Of a stretch of DNA of 64,000 nt, positions 23,026 through 37,248 are shown piece after piece. Made by a program: the position numbers and the translations under genes. The notes under the pieces are model-generated. The model was not told the origin of the DNA and made no database searches. It was given only the letters and a program-made list of their open reading frames with translations. Within the stretch, counting starts at the first letter, position 1; each line of letters opens with the position of its first letter. Origin of the DNA: Owenia fusiformis (lineage: Eukaryota); assembly GCA_903813345.2 (NCBI GenBank), contig CAIIXF020000001.1, forward strand, positions 2,852,001 to 2,916,000. The letters are read 5' to 3'.

Positions 23026-25059
23026 CTATGTAGAACAATAGAACACGTGGTACTAATGACAAGCAACAATGAATGCAATGCAAGCTGATGCGGGGATTTG
23101 ATATGCATGTGTCTGGTTAAAACTGTATACAATTTTGAAAAAAATACTTAATCGGGCGGGCACCGGCTGATGAATCGGAGCAAATGTGACTCAGGCATTA
23201 CTGTCTTATCATATACAATATAAATTATTCATAATTTGTATAAATGGCTATAATATATATTATAATTTTTATTAAGGTGGGTATATGTTTTAACAAGACA
23301 CGTGCTTACATTAGGCTCCAAACTGGCTCATAATTATAGCATTGCATTTAGTCTCTGTTTACCAATCCCATTCCCCCACCTATTCTCCCCACCATAGGGA
23401 AGAACAGGAGGGATAGCGACAAGTGAGGGACCAAATACAAGACTACCTGGGTTATCTGGGAACTATACCTACAGCAACACATATGTATTAAGACTCATCT
23501 AGGTATTATGTAGACTTGCATCGAATCTCCCATGAATTCCCCTACTTACCCCCTACCTACCCCCTATGGATCTCACACTCTGAGATATGCGGGTAGAAGG
23601 AGGGGGGGTGGGGGATCACAGGGGCTTGAGGCAAGCCTATGTATTTCCATAAGACACACAAACAGATGGCAAGATGTATCTTAATACAATCTTAATGCAT
23701 GAAATGCCAGTTCTGAGATGTGAATTCTATTGCCAGTCAAAATATTAAAGTGTATAGTAAAACCTGTCATTTCACAATTTAGTGCATTTCAACATCCTGT
23801 TTAACGAATATCCCTCTACCGAATGCGCATGACAGCAGATTAGAGGCTGATGGCACCAAAATGAAGTTCCAGGTTTTGAAATCATCATCTACTTCACAGG
23901 CAATTTTTGTATACAGAACTTATAAAATTGACATCTCAAAAATGTTTCATGAATGAGTTACTGAATATTGGTAGATGAACTAATGAACGCATTTGAGACA
24001 TGGTGGTATATACAGTGATATACCAAGATTCTCGAATCAAGAGTCAATATATTTAGTATCTTACAGATGTAAATAATGAATCAAATGCATAATTCACATG
24101 TACCAAATCCATCGTCTTAGTCAGACAATAAAATGTGCTGTAATATACTTTATTGTGGATGAATGTAATAAATGACGTTATGAGGATGACGCAAGCATAA
24201 CATAACAAAACAGAACACATAACATGAAAACAGTTGTTTACATGAGTAGCAATGGTAAACCCAAAACATGCATTCTTCACATAGGTTTAAATGCGAACAG
24301 TATCTAAACTAACTCCAAGTTAAAATGGAAAATCTTAATTTTTTGCAAATTGTAGATGGATCATTTTGTTTCAAATCATCTGTTTCCATTACTACTTACG
24401 TAAGGTCATGAGCATGATGCATATTTATATCACAATGACAGGTCCCCTACATACCCTCTTCCTATTTTACATATTATATCAAACACCTCATCTGGTGGTT
24501 GCGCTAAGTTCTGATCACTTAACTTTTTCAGCTCACTAAATAGAAAACAATGACTTATGTAACATTTATTTACAACAAAGAATGCAATATGCACTTAATT
24601 ACATTCAATATCAAATAATCATGTCATATAGTACATGTATATCACATCCAAATTTGCATATACTTACTCCATTGAAAGAAATTAAATGAAAAACTAAAAA
24701 TTGAGCAAATTCAACTTCACAAAAAGCATAAATCTACAGTCAGTTGGTATATAATCAGCTTCACGTGTTGCGGCCTTACTTCTGCTGAAATAAGATGGAC
24801 TATTAAAAGCTGCTCAGGAATGGGCCTCATCCTGCAACATCTGTATGTTATAAATACAATCAAAGTCCCATGTATATGTTAATAGCATTACCACATAGGG
24901 ATTATTTAGAATAATTATCTATGGCATAATACACATGTACACATAGGTACCTGTTACTGTGATTCTTGGATAATCTGATCAATGAGCTGATCAAATTCTA
25001 GCAATATTTTTCAATATTCCATAATTGGTCAAGTTCTAATTTTCCAATAATCTCCATAA

Positions 25060-25435
25060 GAGGCTGGGTGAATATTTTAATATCCGTCAAAAAGTGTTAT
25101 TAAATTAGTTAGGTCTTAATTCCCTCCTCCCCCTTCTAACGAAAGTCAAAATGTTGATTCACACGCAATATATACAAATCAAAATGTTGATTTGCATGCA
25201 GTGCACAAGTACAAGCCCAGCATACAATATCTGCTACTGCTAGTTCTATAACAACACATATCAAATTCTCTTACATAGCTGTTGCATATTTAATGATCAT
25301 ACCATTGCAGAAGATGATGAATCTCTGGGACACTAAAAATCAATGTTCGTCACCTAACTAAATGGGGCTTTACCCCCTCCCCTCTAACATAATTAATTAC
25401 GTTTTTGACAGACTTTGAAATATTGACCCGGCCCC
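25060..25435. mobile_element. PIF/Harbinger-like MITE
   Basis: Imperfect TIR GAGGCTGGGTGAATATTT / AAATATTGACCCGGCCCC with TAA on both sides. Confidence 0.7.
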
Positions 25436-26743
25436 TAATTGGTCAAATTCTTTACATAACTCATTTTGGTTTATCAAGTGAAAAACAACAAAATATTTTA
25501 ATATGACATGAATTATGTTCATAGGGACATCAGTATGTGTAAATAAAATGTAGTCGAACCTCTGGCAAGTGATCTACTCCCTCTATTTTGTAGATCCTCC
25601 GGTTTTTTCTATGAGACAATCATACAATAGGCTTCCAGAAAAGACCCACTGTCCAGCCCAGATCTGACTAACACAGTTATGGGCCAGGCCCGTAGCCAGA
25701 ATTTTCTAAGGGGGTTCACTTTTCAAACATTCTAGGGGGGGGGGGGTTCACTTTGGCAAATTTGGTCAAAAATCACACAAATAAAGGACCCTGTGATCAT
25801 ACAGTGTTTCTGTATCACAGTGAAAGCTGTATGAGAAGACATTTCATCACTGATTGGGTTAAATTGAGAGACAAATGCCGTCATTCAATGGCGGTTTCAA
25901 AATTTTCTAAACACACCTCGAATAATATTATATAACTTGTTAAAAAGATGAAAGAAAGATGTAAGAAATATGCTTGTGATTAAAACATAGATCCCGGCAA
26001 GATTATTTTGTAGTAGAATCAGTAGCTCAATTAATATTCCTCAAGATGAGACACCTCAGAAAATTTCAAATTTTTAAATGACGATTGCGGAGCCATTTCT
26101 GAAAAATGTGTGAAAAATCATACCTCATTCGAAGCGTCTTGTTATTCTTTAACTTTTTTTATCACCTATGACTGTTATTCGAGCAATACTGCGTTGATAA
26201 GAGGCCAAAACAGTTATATTTTATCGCCAGACTCTTGTCTGTCCAAATCTGAATGGTGCTCCCATGGTTCCAGAAATGTGACGTCATCAGTACAATGATA
26301 TTTGGACACACAAGAGTCCGGATCTCGTGAAAAATATTCGCAGTATTAAAAGTCAATGAACTGCATCCATAGGTTATTTACTCGAACCAAACAAGTAGAA
26401 ATAGAAAGATGAAGATCTCAGCTAGAAGTGCAAAATCTGTCACAGGGAAGCAGGTACCGTTTTGTATAAGGAACATTTTGAAAGGTGGTCAATTTTTTTT
26501 TGAAATTTTCCAATTTAGAGTGCTGGTATATATTAATTGATCAGTCATTTAATTGACATATTTTCTTGAATTTTAACATTTAATATCCCAAACTCACACA
26601 AACTGCAGAAAAGTATACACCATAAATCATATTTACCAAAATGAGTGCATCCAAGGCTTCACACCAGCGTATGCATAATGCATTTGTCACGAGTTTGAGC
26701 TGAAATTTCGCCAAAATGAAGTAAGCTAAGAGTAGTCTCTGCC

Positions 26744-27590
26744 TACCCCCATAGATGTGGGGTTATTTTGAGGTTTTTTGATATTTAGGACATTTGTTTC
26801 TCAAAATAACCCCACAAAGTTTAGGCTTTGATTCTTTGCGTTTTTTTTCACATGATTTGAAGATTCAAGTTCTGACAATATCGGCAGTTTCCTTACGTTT
26901 TTCTTCTCTTCTGTGAAGAGGATTCTTTTTCCAATGTAATGAGCGATCGATCAGTGGAAACAATACTTTATAACTGGAACAATTTGCTGTAATATTTGAC
27001 TCTCGAAATCTATTCAAATTTTGGCCATTTTCGGGCGTTGCATTCTGGGAGGAATTATATGGTAGATGGAAACTTAACAGTGCCAAACGAAATCACCTGT
27101 CAAATTAATAACAAAATTATTGCTTATGCCTAAGTTCAGGACCGTAGACGATACAGCAGCCAGACTTGAGGTTGAAAATCCTTTTAATACACCCCGGAAG
27201 GTGAAAATCATTTTTCAAAATTTCCCTCCATTTTTACTTTTGAAATTTGTATTTACACGAAGTTTGTCATTTAGATAAAAAATATCGACTGCGCATGAAA
27301 TTTGAAAAACTTTTTTAGAAATATCTGTTATCCGTATTAAATCTTCATTACAAGAATGAATACAACACTTAGAGGGCTATATTTGGAAGCATGTTGAAGA
27401 TTAATGTCTTGTCGATACGAAAAACATAAAAAGGTGAGTAAATTCTAATAATATTAGTACAAATTCTATGTGTATGCTATTGTTTAGCAAATCCCCAAAG
27501 AATCAAAGTACTAATCGGTGTGGGGTTATTTTGAGAAACAAATGTCCTAAATATAAAAAAACTCAAAATAACCCCACATTTATGGGGGTA
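26744..27590. mobile_element. hAT-like MITE
   Basis: ~70-bp TIR starting TACCCCCATA; 8-bp TSD TCTCTGCC. Confidence 0.9.
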
Positions 27591-27669
27591 TCTCTGCCAG
27601 GTTTGTTTGTTGTGGTAATATTGTAAGTACTCAGAAGCAAATAATTCATGTGCGCAAAATAATCAAATA

Positions 27670-27811
27670 ATCTGATTGGTTTAAACTTTGCTGCACATGC
27701 GCGCAATGTGGGCCATATTTTTTCTAGTGATTTCGTTTCGTTTCATGGTGTTTGCGTTTCAGTGAAATTTCCACAAAAATGGCGGACCCTGGACAGAATT
27801 AACAGGTAAAA
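27670..27811 (+). promoter_or_regulatory. Candidate plus-strand promoter and short first exon inside Hippo intron 1
   Basis: ATTGG (CCAAT) at 27675, NRF1-like GCACATGCGCGCA at 27693, YY1-like AAAATGGCGG at 27776, donor CAG|gtaaaa at 27806. Confidence 0.4.
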
Positions 27812-28224
27812 TCACTTCGAAATTTCAAGAGAACTTTTTACCTATCATAGCAAAACTTTTGTTTTATTTGTGCATTCTATCTATCAGATAAGAGTCTCAG
27901 GGGTATGTAGGCAAATTCATTTTGGTAGGAGCACTCTGTTTAGTTTGAAAACGCACCCTTTATTATTATATATCAGCACTGTAGTGACGCATCTTCTGAA
28001 TTATTCTTTGAGCCTAAGATCCTACTACGAAACAATCTGGCCAACATCTGTGGATTAAAACATCACAACGAAGTGAAGTATCCGTAAACTAGCCAGTGAA
28101 TATTCTGACAAACGAAGGCTCTGGTGCTTTCCCTCCTCTTCTCTCAGTGACAAAATAATTGATCTCTAAAAATTATCTGAAAAATAAAGTTGTATTATTT
28201 CAGTAAATACTTGTGGTATCATAC

Positions 28225-28256
28225 CTCTTATTTTGTGTTCCGACTGTTTGTGCCAT
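28225..28256 (-). CDS. STK3: Hippo/MST kinase exon 1 (MAQTVGTQNK)
   Basis: agaATGG context; donor GAG|gtatga in phase 2 matches exon 2; adjacent to the LACTB2 start. Confidence 0.75.
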
Positions 28257-28568
28257 TCTGAATCCAAATTCTGTCTCAGCCCATTCTATAGTAATGTATA
28301 AACACCTAAATATAATACAAATAAGAGAATAAAACTTTCACAAAACTTTTTCAGGAAGTCGAGTTTGATTGATCTCGTTTGAGTTACCAGAAAACGAGAG
28401 TTTGATAAATACATAAAGAAATGCTATTCACAGTTCTTAAATGGTATATAATTTAAAATAATAAAACTTAACCGCTATTTGAAGGCTAAAGAGTACATTT
28501 GATGTCCCTATGGTGTACTTTATTGAAAATATTTGTACGCCATGTCACGTGATTTTCCAAAGTTCAAA
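28257..28568. promoter_or_regulatory. Putative bidirectional promoter shared by Hippo and LACTB2
   Basis: 312 bp between divergent ATGs; E-box GTCACGTGA at 28544; YY1-like motif overlapping the LACTB2 ATG. Confidence 0.65.
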
Positions 28569-28699
28569 ATGGCGGTTCCACTTTCAGTTTTACCAAAAAT
28601 CGAGCAGCTTTCTTCTCGTGTTATACGACTTCTTGGATGCAATCCAGGAAGTTTTACACTGCAAGGGACAAACTCATATCTTATAGGATCTGGTGATAG
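28569..28699 (+). CDS. LACTB2: LACTB2 metallo-beta-lactamase-fold endoribonuclease, exon 1
   Basis: [24 protein letters not shown] motif; AG|gtatgt. Confidence 0.95.
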
Positions 28700-28961
28700 G
28701 TATGTTAGTGGTGAACTATCGTCTTAAACTAGTAGTTTTTTCTTTTTCACAGCTGCATATATAATATCTGCTTTGGCTTCTTTTGCAGATTTTTGACATA
28801 GTCACGTCACATGCAGCTCACCTGTACTATAGTGCATAGATCTACTCAGTTTCTCATCCCAGGGCTCTCATCATCTTGACATTGACTTAAAGAAATGGTC
28901 TGAAATCTCTGATCGAGGCAAGGGTTTTTTAAATTTTATGTGGATATTTACACATTATTAT

Positions 28962-30775
28962 CAGGGGCGTCGGACTCCCGGGGTCGGACTAGACTATATC
29001 CTATTTAGTCTGAATTATATTCAGACTATAAGGCACCTATGTTAAAGTATGGTAATCCTAAATATTTGTTTACATAGGAAGTGCTATTCAAAATGGCCGA
29101 TTGGGTAAAATTAATTTGCACATTTGTTACTTTAACTAGCTTTATTTCCACTTGACAATATGCTGTGTTACTTTTTATTGTTGCATTAATTGTACCTTAC
29201 TATTTAATTTAAATTTTGTAATGTTCATTTTATTGAACACATGGTTCCTCTAATTGATAATTTTGTGCAAAAAATTTCACTGCAATTTCCACAGGAAAGT
29301 AGTACATCATAACAGACTGACTTCTAGTCAGTCTGTTGGATACATACTAGGCGTCGGACTACATTTGAAAAGGGGCACAGGGAAAGTTGAGTTTTCTTTG
29401 CTTATTGAGTCGAGGCTTGCTCTATTGACTTCTTTGCTCTTCTAGACGAATTCCTGTGGAAAAGGGGCGTTCATTTTCCAGATAATATACTGTAGGTGGC
29501 GCATAGATAATATGTGTGGCCAAAGGCTGCAAAAATTGGGGGTTCGGGGCATGCTCCCCCGGGAAATTTTTTTCGGAGACGTTATTTGGTGTTATCTGAG
29601 TGTTTTCAAAGACTATTAGTTCTTTTCTGATAAAACTAAATCGGTGTTTAAATCTATACGATTTATCAGATTAATATTGATACTACCCAATGGTACCAGC
29701 CGCGGATCCAGGATTTTGCGTAAGGGGGGCGCTTGATAATGGCTGTGAGGGAAGCGAACCAAGGATCTGGAGGTTCTCCTAACAGAAAATTGCGAAAATT
29801 GAACATCATTTGTGCATTCTGAGCAATTTCAGATCACAATATCCTGCACATAAAAGGACTGAATCCGTGATTGGGTACGCATATAAATAAATAATTTCTT
29901 AATAACATGCTACATGCAAGATTTTTCTGTTCATACAATGGATTCATTTTTAAAATTTTGAGTCCGATAGATCTACCCCTACTATGTTCTTTTGCGAAAG
30001 TATATTACAATTTAAAAAGTAGACTTATATTTTGATTTCTTGGAACATATTTCTTTCAAATGATGGGAATATGATGAGCGCATTGCCAGGTAAGGAATTT
30101 AATTACGAAAAAAACTTCACAGACCACCAAATTAAATTACACCTCCCTATTTTCGTACGAAAAAACTACAGGTATAGTTAGAGCTGGCATCGAATTGGAT
30201 TTTAATGTCGACAAAAAAGAAAATTTGAAAATGTAGGCGGTAAAACTTCACTAAAATACACCATACAGCAGGTAGTAACAAAGATTTTAATTCATAGGGA
30301 AATAGCTTATTATGTTGTGAGTTCCGACTGTCGATCAAGAGGCGTTGTGTCGACATGGGTGTCGCAGAGAGCATTTGACCGACAATCGACCATTCCGACA
30401 TTCGATGCCAGCTCTAGGTATAGTGCTCGTTTAATACAAAATTACCAAAAAATGTTTACATGAATTATGAAGGATGTATATATAGAAAAAATAATCTTAA
30501 TAGAGCTATCTAGTACAATTTATTTGAATATATCCACGCCCTGTGATCGGAAAAAATGAACGGATGGGGGAGAAGCTGTTTTCTGCTAGGAAATTAAAAT
30601 AAACTGCAATATTAATTTTTTCACGAGAGAGTTTACAAATAAATCACTAAATGTATAGGTGCACGGACCGGTATGTCAAAATCTGTTTTGTGATGTTAAA
30701 TAGCATATTTTTGGAAGTTTCACAGGAATCTTTTGAAATATTTTCGCACCGAATGCACCCTATCTGACACCCATG
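28962..30775. mobile_element. Old hAT-like non-autonomous element with a 5-bp TSD
   Basis: CAGGGGCGTCGGA ... TCTGACACCCATG with ATTAT on both flanks. Confidence 0.55.
30179..30416. mobile_element. hAT-like MITE (nested)
   Basis: TIR TAGAGCTGGCATCGAAT; 8-bp TSD GGTATAGT. Confidence 0.9.
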
Positions 30776-31234
30776 ATTATATAATCATATAGTTTTTATC
30801 AAAATGAAAATGAAATTATTTTGAAATGATTACATGAGAAGTCTTGTAAGATTCAAAGTCTATGATTGCTCCAAACTAGGCGATTTCCCTGGAAAAAAGC
30901 TCATGTTCAAAAGTTGAAGAATGCCCTGTGAATGAAGAAGGTAGATCTTTGCGAAAAAGATCAGAAATAACCTCAATTATATTGTAAGGGCATGGGTAAG
31001 TTCTGGACCAATGTAATTATCACAAGTGTGATGTAGGAAAGTTCAACCATTGCCATACCTCAGAGCGATGCTCAAACCAGACCCTAAAATTTAGGTCCAT
31101 TGCCATACCAAATGTTAAAAAAGATACCCCATAGGCACCGGGGATCCCTGTCAAAGTTTATGAACATCCCAAGTACAGAGGGTTTACTGGCTATTCAAAG
31201 GACACATGCCTCCCCTTTAAAAATCTAGATTTGA

Positions 31235-31448
31235 CAGGCCAGTAGCCAGGATTTGCCAAGGGGGGTTCAGTTTTCAAAAATTTCCAGGGGGTTCACATTT
31301 GCCAATTTAAACCCAAATATATGGCTAAAATCACTTGAGAAGTGCTCAAAATGGTGAAAAACTGCATGATTTTGAAAGAATTTATGGCTGGGGGGGGGGG
31401 GGGTTGTTCGCCCGAACCCTGCGAACCCTCCTCCTGGCTACGGGCCTG
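31235..31448. mobile_element. hAT-like MITE with a 5-bp TSD
   Basis: CAGGCCAGTAGCCAGG ... CCTGGCTACGGGCCTG; TSD TTTGA. Related ends at ~25686, ~47783 and ~50465. Confidence 0.8.
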
Positions 31449-31488
31449 TTTGATCTGCCTATGAATATATTTGGAATGTAATTTGCAG

Positions 31489-31652
31489 GAGAATCCTGAT
31501 TGATACCACTAATCCTGATAAACCTGAGTATACCAGCAACCTAAAGCAGGTCCTGAAAGAGCACAAGACCAGCATACAAGAGATCATACTAACACATTGG
31601 CATATTGACCATGTAGGGGGCATACAGGATGTTTTTAAAGAAGTCCTCAAAT
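31489..31652 (+). CDS. LACTB2: LACTB2 exon 2 (RILIDT...[10 protein letters not shown])
   Basis: HxHxDH metal-binding motif; ttgcag| and |gtgagt. Confidence 0.96.
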
Positions 31653-32036
31653 GTGAGTTTGTATTTTGTAGTATCAGTATTCTATTCAAAACTTTAGGGC
31701 CATTTCCATTGTGATACTCATCATATCTTTCTATTTCACTAGAAACAATGGCTGATAAGTGTTTCAATATGTTACTGATACGAATGTCGATGGTAGATAA
31801 CACTAGGTAGTTAAGTTCAATAAAGAGATAAGCTTTATTGTAGCATCTTGACTTGAGAAGGTACCCAATAGAAGTCTACATCCTAAAGTTTTCATTAGTT
31901 GACATATTGAAATAAGATGTCATAGTTTATCATGATGCTCAATTTCTGAAATGGCTTTTTCCTAATGAGTCCCAAAAAGCCTGTGTTTTAAACCCAAAAC
32001 AAATGTAAATAAAACTGTTGGGCCCAAAACGATGTA

Positions 32037-35000
32037 CACAGGGAGATATGCTGAGTACTAAAATAGTACTCATGGCATATTAGCGCTTATTGAGTACTCA
32101 TTTCAGCAAATATTAGTACTAAATGAGCACTTGTGACATGAGTACTGATTTATTGCATGTTCTAGTACTAAATGAGTAGTCATATGATGAGTGATAAAAT
32201 AGCGCTAATTTTATTGGTTTTTCATTACTCAATTAGCACTCATACTATGAGCACTAATTAATTGCATGTTTACAGTGGTTTCAGTAACTTTGTGTACAAG
32301 GGGCAGATGAAAAATACAAGAGGCGGCATTCAAAATAACCAATTTTACGCTCCCGACAATGCAAATTTTTGTTATTTTAGAGTCCATGGACTGAAAGAAA
32401 GATGTCCAAGGTTTGTCAAAGTCATTTCCACGTGTGATGTGGCAAGACATGGGCTCCACAAAATAACACCTGGAACTGTGGAATGACTAGGGCAACTTAT
32501 ATAGAATGTCATTTACCTTTTATAAGAAAACTTACCCTTACACAGGTTGCATTTCACAAATCCAAATGCACCTGTTGAATTGAACACTTTTAATATAAAT
32601 CAAAATCTAGAATTGTCATTATTAAAATGAGAGTGATGTATTAATAGATGATTCACTTATGATTATGTGTATATCAGATTCATTTTATTTTTTTACCGCC
32701 TCCAGACATTGCCAGAAATGGTGACATACAGGGTGTTCCAAAAGTAACAGGACTGGTGCTGGTATTTTGTTAAATATGCACCAATTGTCTTCAAAATTTT
32801 ACATAATGTGCCTTCATGTTTTGTTACTAAAATTGCCGAATTACATAATTTTTGTCGAAACTGATTTAGGAATCGGCCGATGACTACTCATCGGCCGGCG
32901 CCCGGCGCATATGTGGCCAAGGCATTAGAGAGAGACCGAGGTGGGAGATATCCCCCTCCCCTCTACACCAAACTTGTTCTCACTACGTTTTCGAAAATTG
33001 CCTGAAAGGCCTCCTCACACATTATTAAGGAAAACATATCTACACATTTTGCGCATTTAACCACTTGATAACATATTGTGGATCTTATGTGAATTCGCAC
33101 CTTCATTTGCATGGAAGACTTTGATAAAATCCTTTTTTGATGATTTTTGTTAGAAAGCTGATGTTTGGCTAAGGTTCGAAATTCCAAATTGAACAGTCTA
33201 CTAAGAATACTATGTTGTAAATATTGTTTTCTTTATAATATGTCGAGCTAGGACTGCTCAAACAAATTCGCTTTTTGTAGCTACATGTATTTAATTTCAA
33301 TAGATGATAAACTTCTCAATATAAGAAATTACCCTCATAAGACATTGTTGCAAGGTGTGTTGCAATGAATGTGGCACCCCGCATTCCCAGGCCCGCATTA
33401 TGTATTCTCGAAGAAAGCCATCATGATAAGCCATGACATCTCATTTCTTCTCAGCCCTGTGTTTTAGTACCCTTTGCATTCGTTTGACTTCACTTCTTAA
33501 AAGAGAGCTTCGTCTTTGTGTAGTTTAACTAGACTGCACGCAGGGTAGTGTTTCAGGTGAAACAGAAAGATGCCATGAGTATCAGAATGGAAGAACGCAT
33601 ATATTTGCACTGATGGTGTATAGATAGTTATTTTATATAGTGTTTCTAGTTGTACGTGGAAACCTATTCTAACCAGGAAGGATATTGCAACTTTTTTCAA
33701 GATCCTAAAGTTGCAATTCTCGTTATTGTGTTTCATTGTAAAGACGCATCTGTGAAAGTGCGTCGCTGGTACAAAGGCGTAGTTCTACATAAAAAGATAC
33801 ACTTTTTTAAACTTGAACGTGTAGAATTATGGACCTGGTGGATTTTTTCTCCCTTTTGTAATGTTAATACTTGGCCGGTTGAGTATATAAAGGAATACAT
33901 GTCCCAACTTTTGGTAAGTGGGGGGTCAAAAGTGGGCCATCCACACATACACTTTTTATCATGCATTGTAATTACAAGGGTGTTATAAACGAGACACCAG
34001 GATGATATAATGTAGGGGTACAATATATTTTTAGAAAATTAGGGCCCAAATCTTGAGAAAGAGTCGGAGGCATGCGAGGCGAATCCTGGAAACTCGGGTT
34101 CGGGAAAGCGGGGTTAACTGTTTGGTTCCGTTGATACCTGTGCGAAACTACATTCATAATTTACCCGACAGTCGCTTTGATAATGTTTCTTTATTAAATC
34201 TCATCAAGAATGGACGATCTTGCACAGGTACTCATATAAGAACCTCTATATCTTTTTAACACCAATATATAACGGACACACTATGTTAAAAATAAAATGT
34301 TATATCTAATGTGCCAATTTAATGATTTAGCATATCGAAAATATTTTCAACCTAAGTGACCACATCGTGACATCACTTAGGTGGCAACATTTTTCAATGT
34401 CAATCTTTTCTAAATATGCTAAACTTAAAAAATAAACCAATTTTGACTGTCTAACCAAGTTAAAAGGATGAATATGTTTTTAATATTAGTTTACCATTGG
34501 TTTCTATGAGAATTAAAATTTTGAAATGCATCTTTCCCTTAACCACTGTTCATTGCTCGCTCATCCTTCAACCAATTTTCTTGATTTTGTCGGCAAAAAA
34601 CAAGTGAGGATGATTGCTATGCATCGGTGTGAATTATCGCTTTAAAGGATAAGTGTGACCTCTTAAAGTTAGTTTTGAATAAATTCACGATATTTTAAAC
34701 AAAAAGTCCTTCAAAAATAATTTTGAAATTAATAAAAAGTTTCACATTTCACGCTTTGATAACATTGGATAAGACAAAAATATAAGCCAAAGTGGTTTAA
34801 ACTTTATATGGGGCCTTTAACTGATTAATACAATTTTACACCCATTGGAAGGACTGTACTTACCCTTTGCATTCGTTTGACTTCACTTCTTAAAAGAGAG
34901 CTTCTTCGTCTTCAGTAGTTTAACTAGACTCTGCACGCAGGGTAGACTGTACTGTGACAAGTTGGACAGAGTTGTATCAATCATACATGTAACTGCATGT

Positions 35001-37031
35001 CCAGTGGAAAATAACCAACTCTGATCATACAAAAGGTTCGAATTTGAATTGTCATGCACATGATAGTGGTCAGATAGTGATCTAAAATCCATAGCCCAAA
35101 CGGGTACAAAATTGGACGGTGTTTACTACTATAATGAGATCAAGTGATCCTTACGATTATAGTGAGTTCCATTGCAGTTCGAAACTGAGGTACAAATCAT
35201 AGACAAGGATAGCAAAACAAGATCGCTGAATAAAATAAATGATAGTCTATAGAAGGCTTTTATTTTCCCCCAAAACTTAGACAATATTTGACTTCTAACA
35301 AACGGCGAATTATCGAAAACAAACGGCGATTTCGGACACTCGCCCCCTGCTATTGAAAGCCCAGGTTTAGTACTAAATGAGTACTCGTATGATGAGTGAT
35401 AAAATAGCGCTAATTTCATTGATTTTTCATCGCTCAATGAGCGCTCATATTATGAGTACTAATTTATTGCACATGTTTCACGAGTGATAGATTAGTACTC
35501 ACAAATTAAAATGTTGATAACTTTTTTTTAATTGATGAAGTAAAATATACAATACGTAATAAATTACATATTAATTATACGAAAACATGGATAAATATAT
35601 CATTAAACTTTTCCAAAAATTCCCATTCCTGTAGCTATTTCATGTAACAGGTTGAAGCTAGGAAACAAAATGACAGACACCATATTGTTCTATTCTTGAG
35701 AAAAGTGCATATATATATACACTGCTTTGTTACCTGGTATAAGTGAAAGATGAGGTAAGAGTATTAAATGGGAAATTACTAAAATTACATGGTAAGTGTG
35801 TTCTATGTGTTACAATTCTCCTTTTCGCGGTTCGTTCTTTGAATCAGAACGTTCGCAAATATGCACTGAAAAAGCACTCAAAAAGGACAAAATTTGATTG
35901 GTCAATATTTTCCCACTATGCATTTCGCGTAGCTATTTGCGTGACACGAAAGTTCTAAATCAAACTAATTACTCAATTTTGTTTTTACACCCGCACGCTA
36001 AATAAAACAATGACACCATCGTAAGTATTCTTCTTTGTCATTGCTTTGATAGTCAGTATACCAAGTTTAATCAATAAAAGATTGTACAATGGACAACAAA
36101 ATTCGGAAACGAGTACTATAGATTTGCTTTCGGACCACTGAACAGATTGACCTAGATAATAGCGACGCCTCTTCTTTGGTCTACTGCTCAGTTGTTTGTG
36201 GGTTTCCAACGTAACTCTATAATGTAATTTGAAGATGAATACTTTTATTCAGTTGTTGCATCGATGTCACAGTTTGTAGTGCGGTAAGATTGGCATGAAA
36301 GTATTGAAAGTCGAATGGAATTGTTTTTTCCAATATGGCGACTAGTCTACTGATCACGTGACCTTCTCTTCCGGAATATTTTCTCACTTTTCAATCATCG
36401 TTTTCACCACGCTATGAATTAATACTATGAAAAAAATAGCTGTTATATTAAGATTAATGAGAGATCAATTGTTTCTAATAATTTTTTCCGAACTCTAGTA
36501 CGGGAATATGAACGAATATATCGTTTGAAAAATAGGTGTGAAAATCCCCATGTTAAACCTATGAAGGAAAATAAGGAAGTATAAATTTGTTCCTCCGCGA
36601 ACTGTATCATGGGAAATATTTTGCCCTTATAAGGAAAGATTTTCGTGTCTTCTCTTTTGAAGAGGGAACAACGATTTCAAGAATTATAAGCTGATATATA
36701 ATAAAATTGAAGGTAGCATGTGAATTGTATCCCAGCTAGAATGATACCTACCGAGTGCTTATTATTTAGATAATGAACAATATTTTAGTGCTAAATGAGC
36801 AATTTTTTAGTACTAAAAGAGCGCTCAAGTAGCACTAGATCATCACTTAGAATATTGTTACTAAAATGGTACTAAAATGAACACTTATTTTTCACAAAAT
36901 TAGTGCTAAAATAGCACTCAAGTAGTAATAATTTAGCACTCTGGCAAAAGTGCACTCATGAGTACTCATGCCACGAGTGCTAATTTAGTACTAATTTTGT
37001 ACTAATTTAGCACTCAGCATATCTCCCTGTG
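32037..37031. mobile_element. CMC/EnSpm-like non-autonomous element with nested fragments
   Basis: TIR CACAGGGAGATATGCTGAGT, TA on both flanks, subterminal arrays of AGTACT/AGCACT motifs. Internal direct duplications at 32163/35367 and 33468/34861. Confidence 0.82.
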
Positions 37032-37248
37032 TAAGGCCCCATGTCTGCTAGTTAATCCAGTGTGTACATTACATATACATAATAATGTATTTTGTTTATC
37101 ACCAATGTAGTTGAGCAATACCTCTTGGGTATGTCCCATATATATATATGGTTGTAATTAATGCATATCATTATGAAAGGCAGACCCAGGAACCCCTCCT
37201 TGAATGAGCCTTGTGTTACTTTATGTGCACTTATACATAGACATACAA

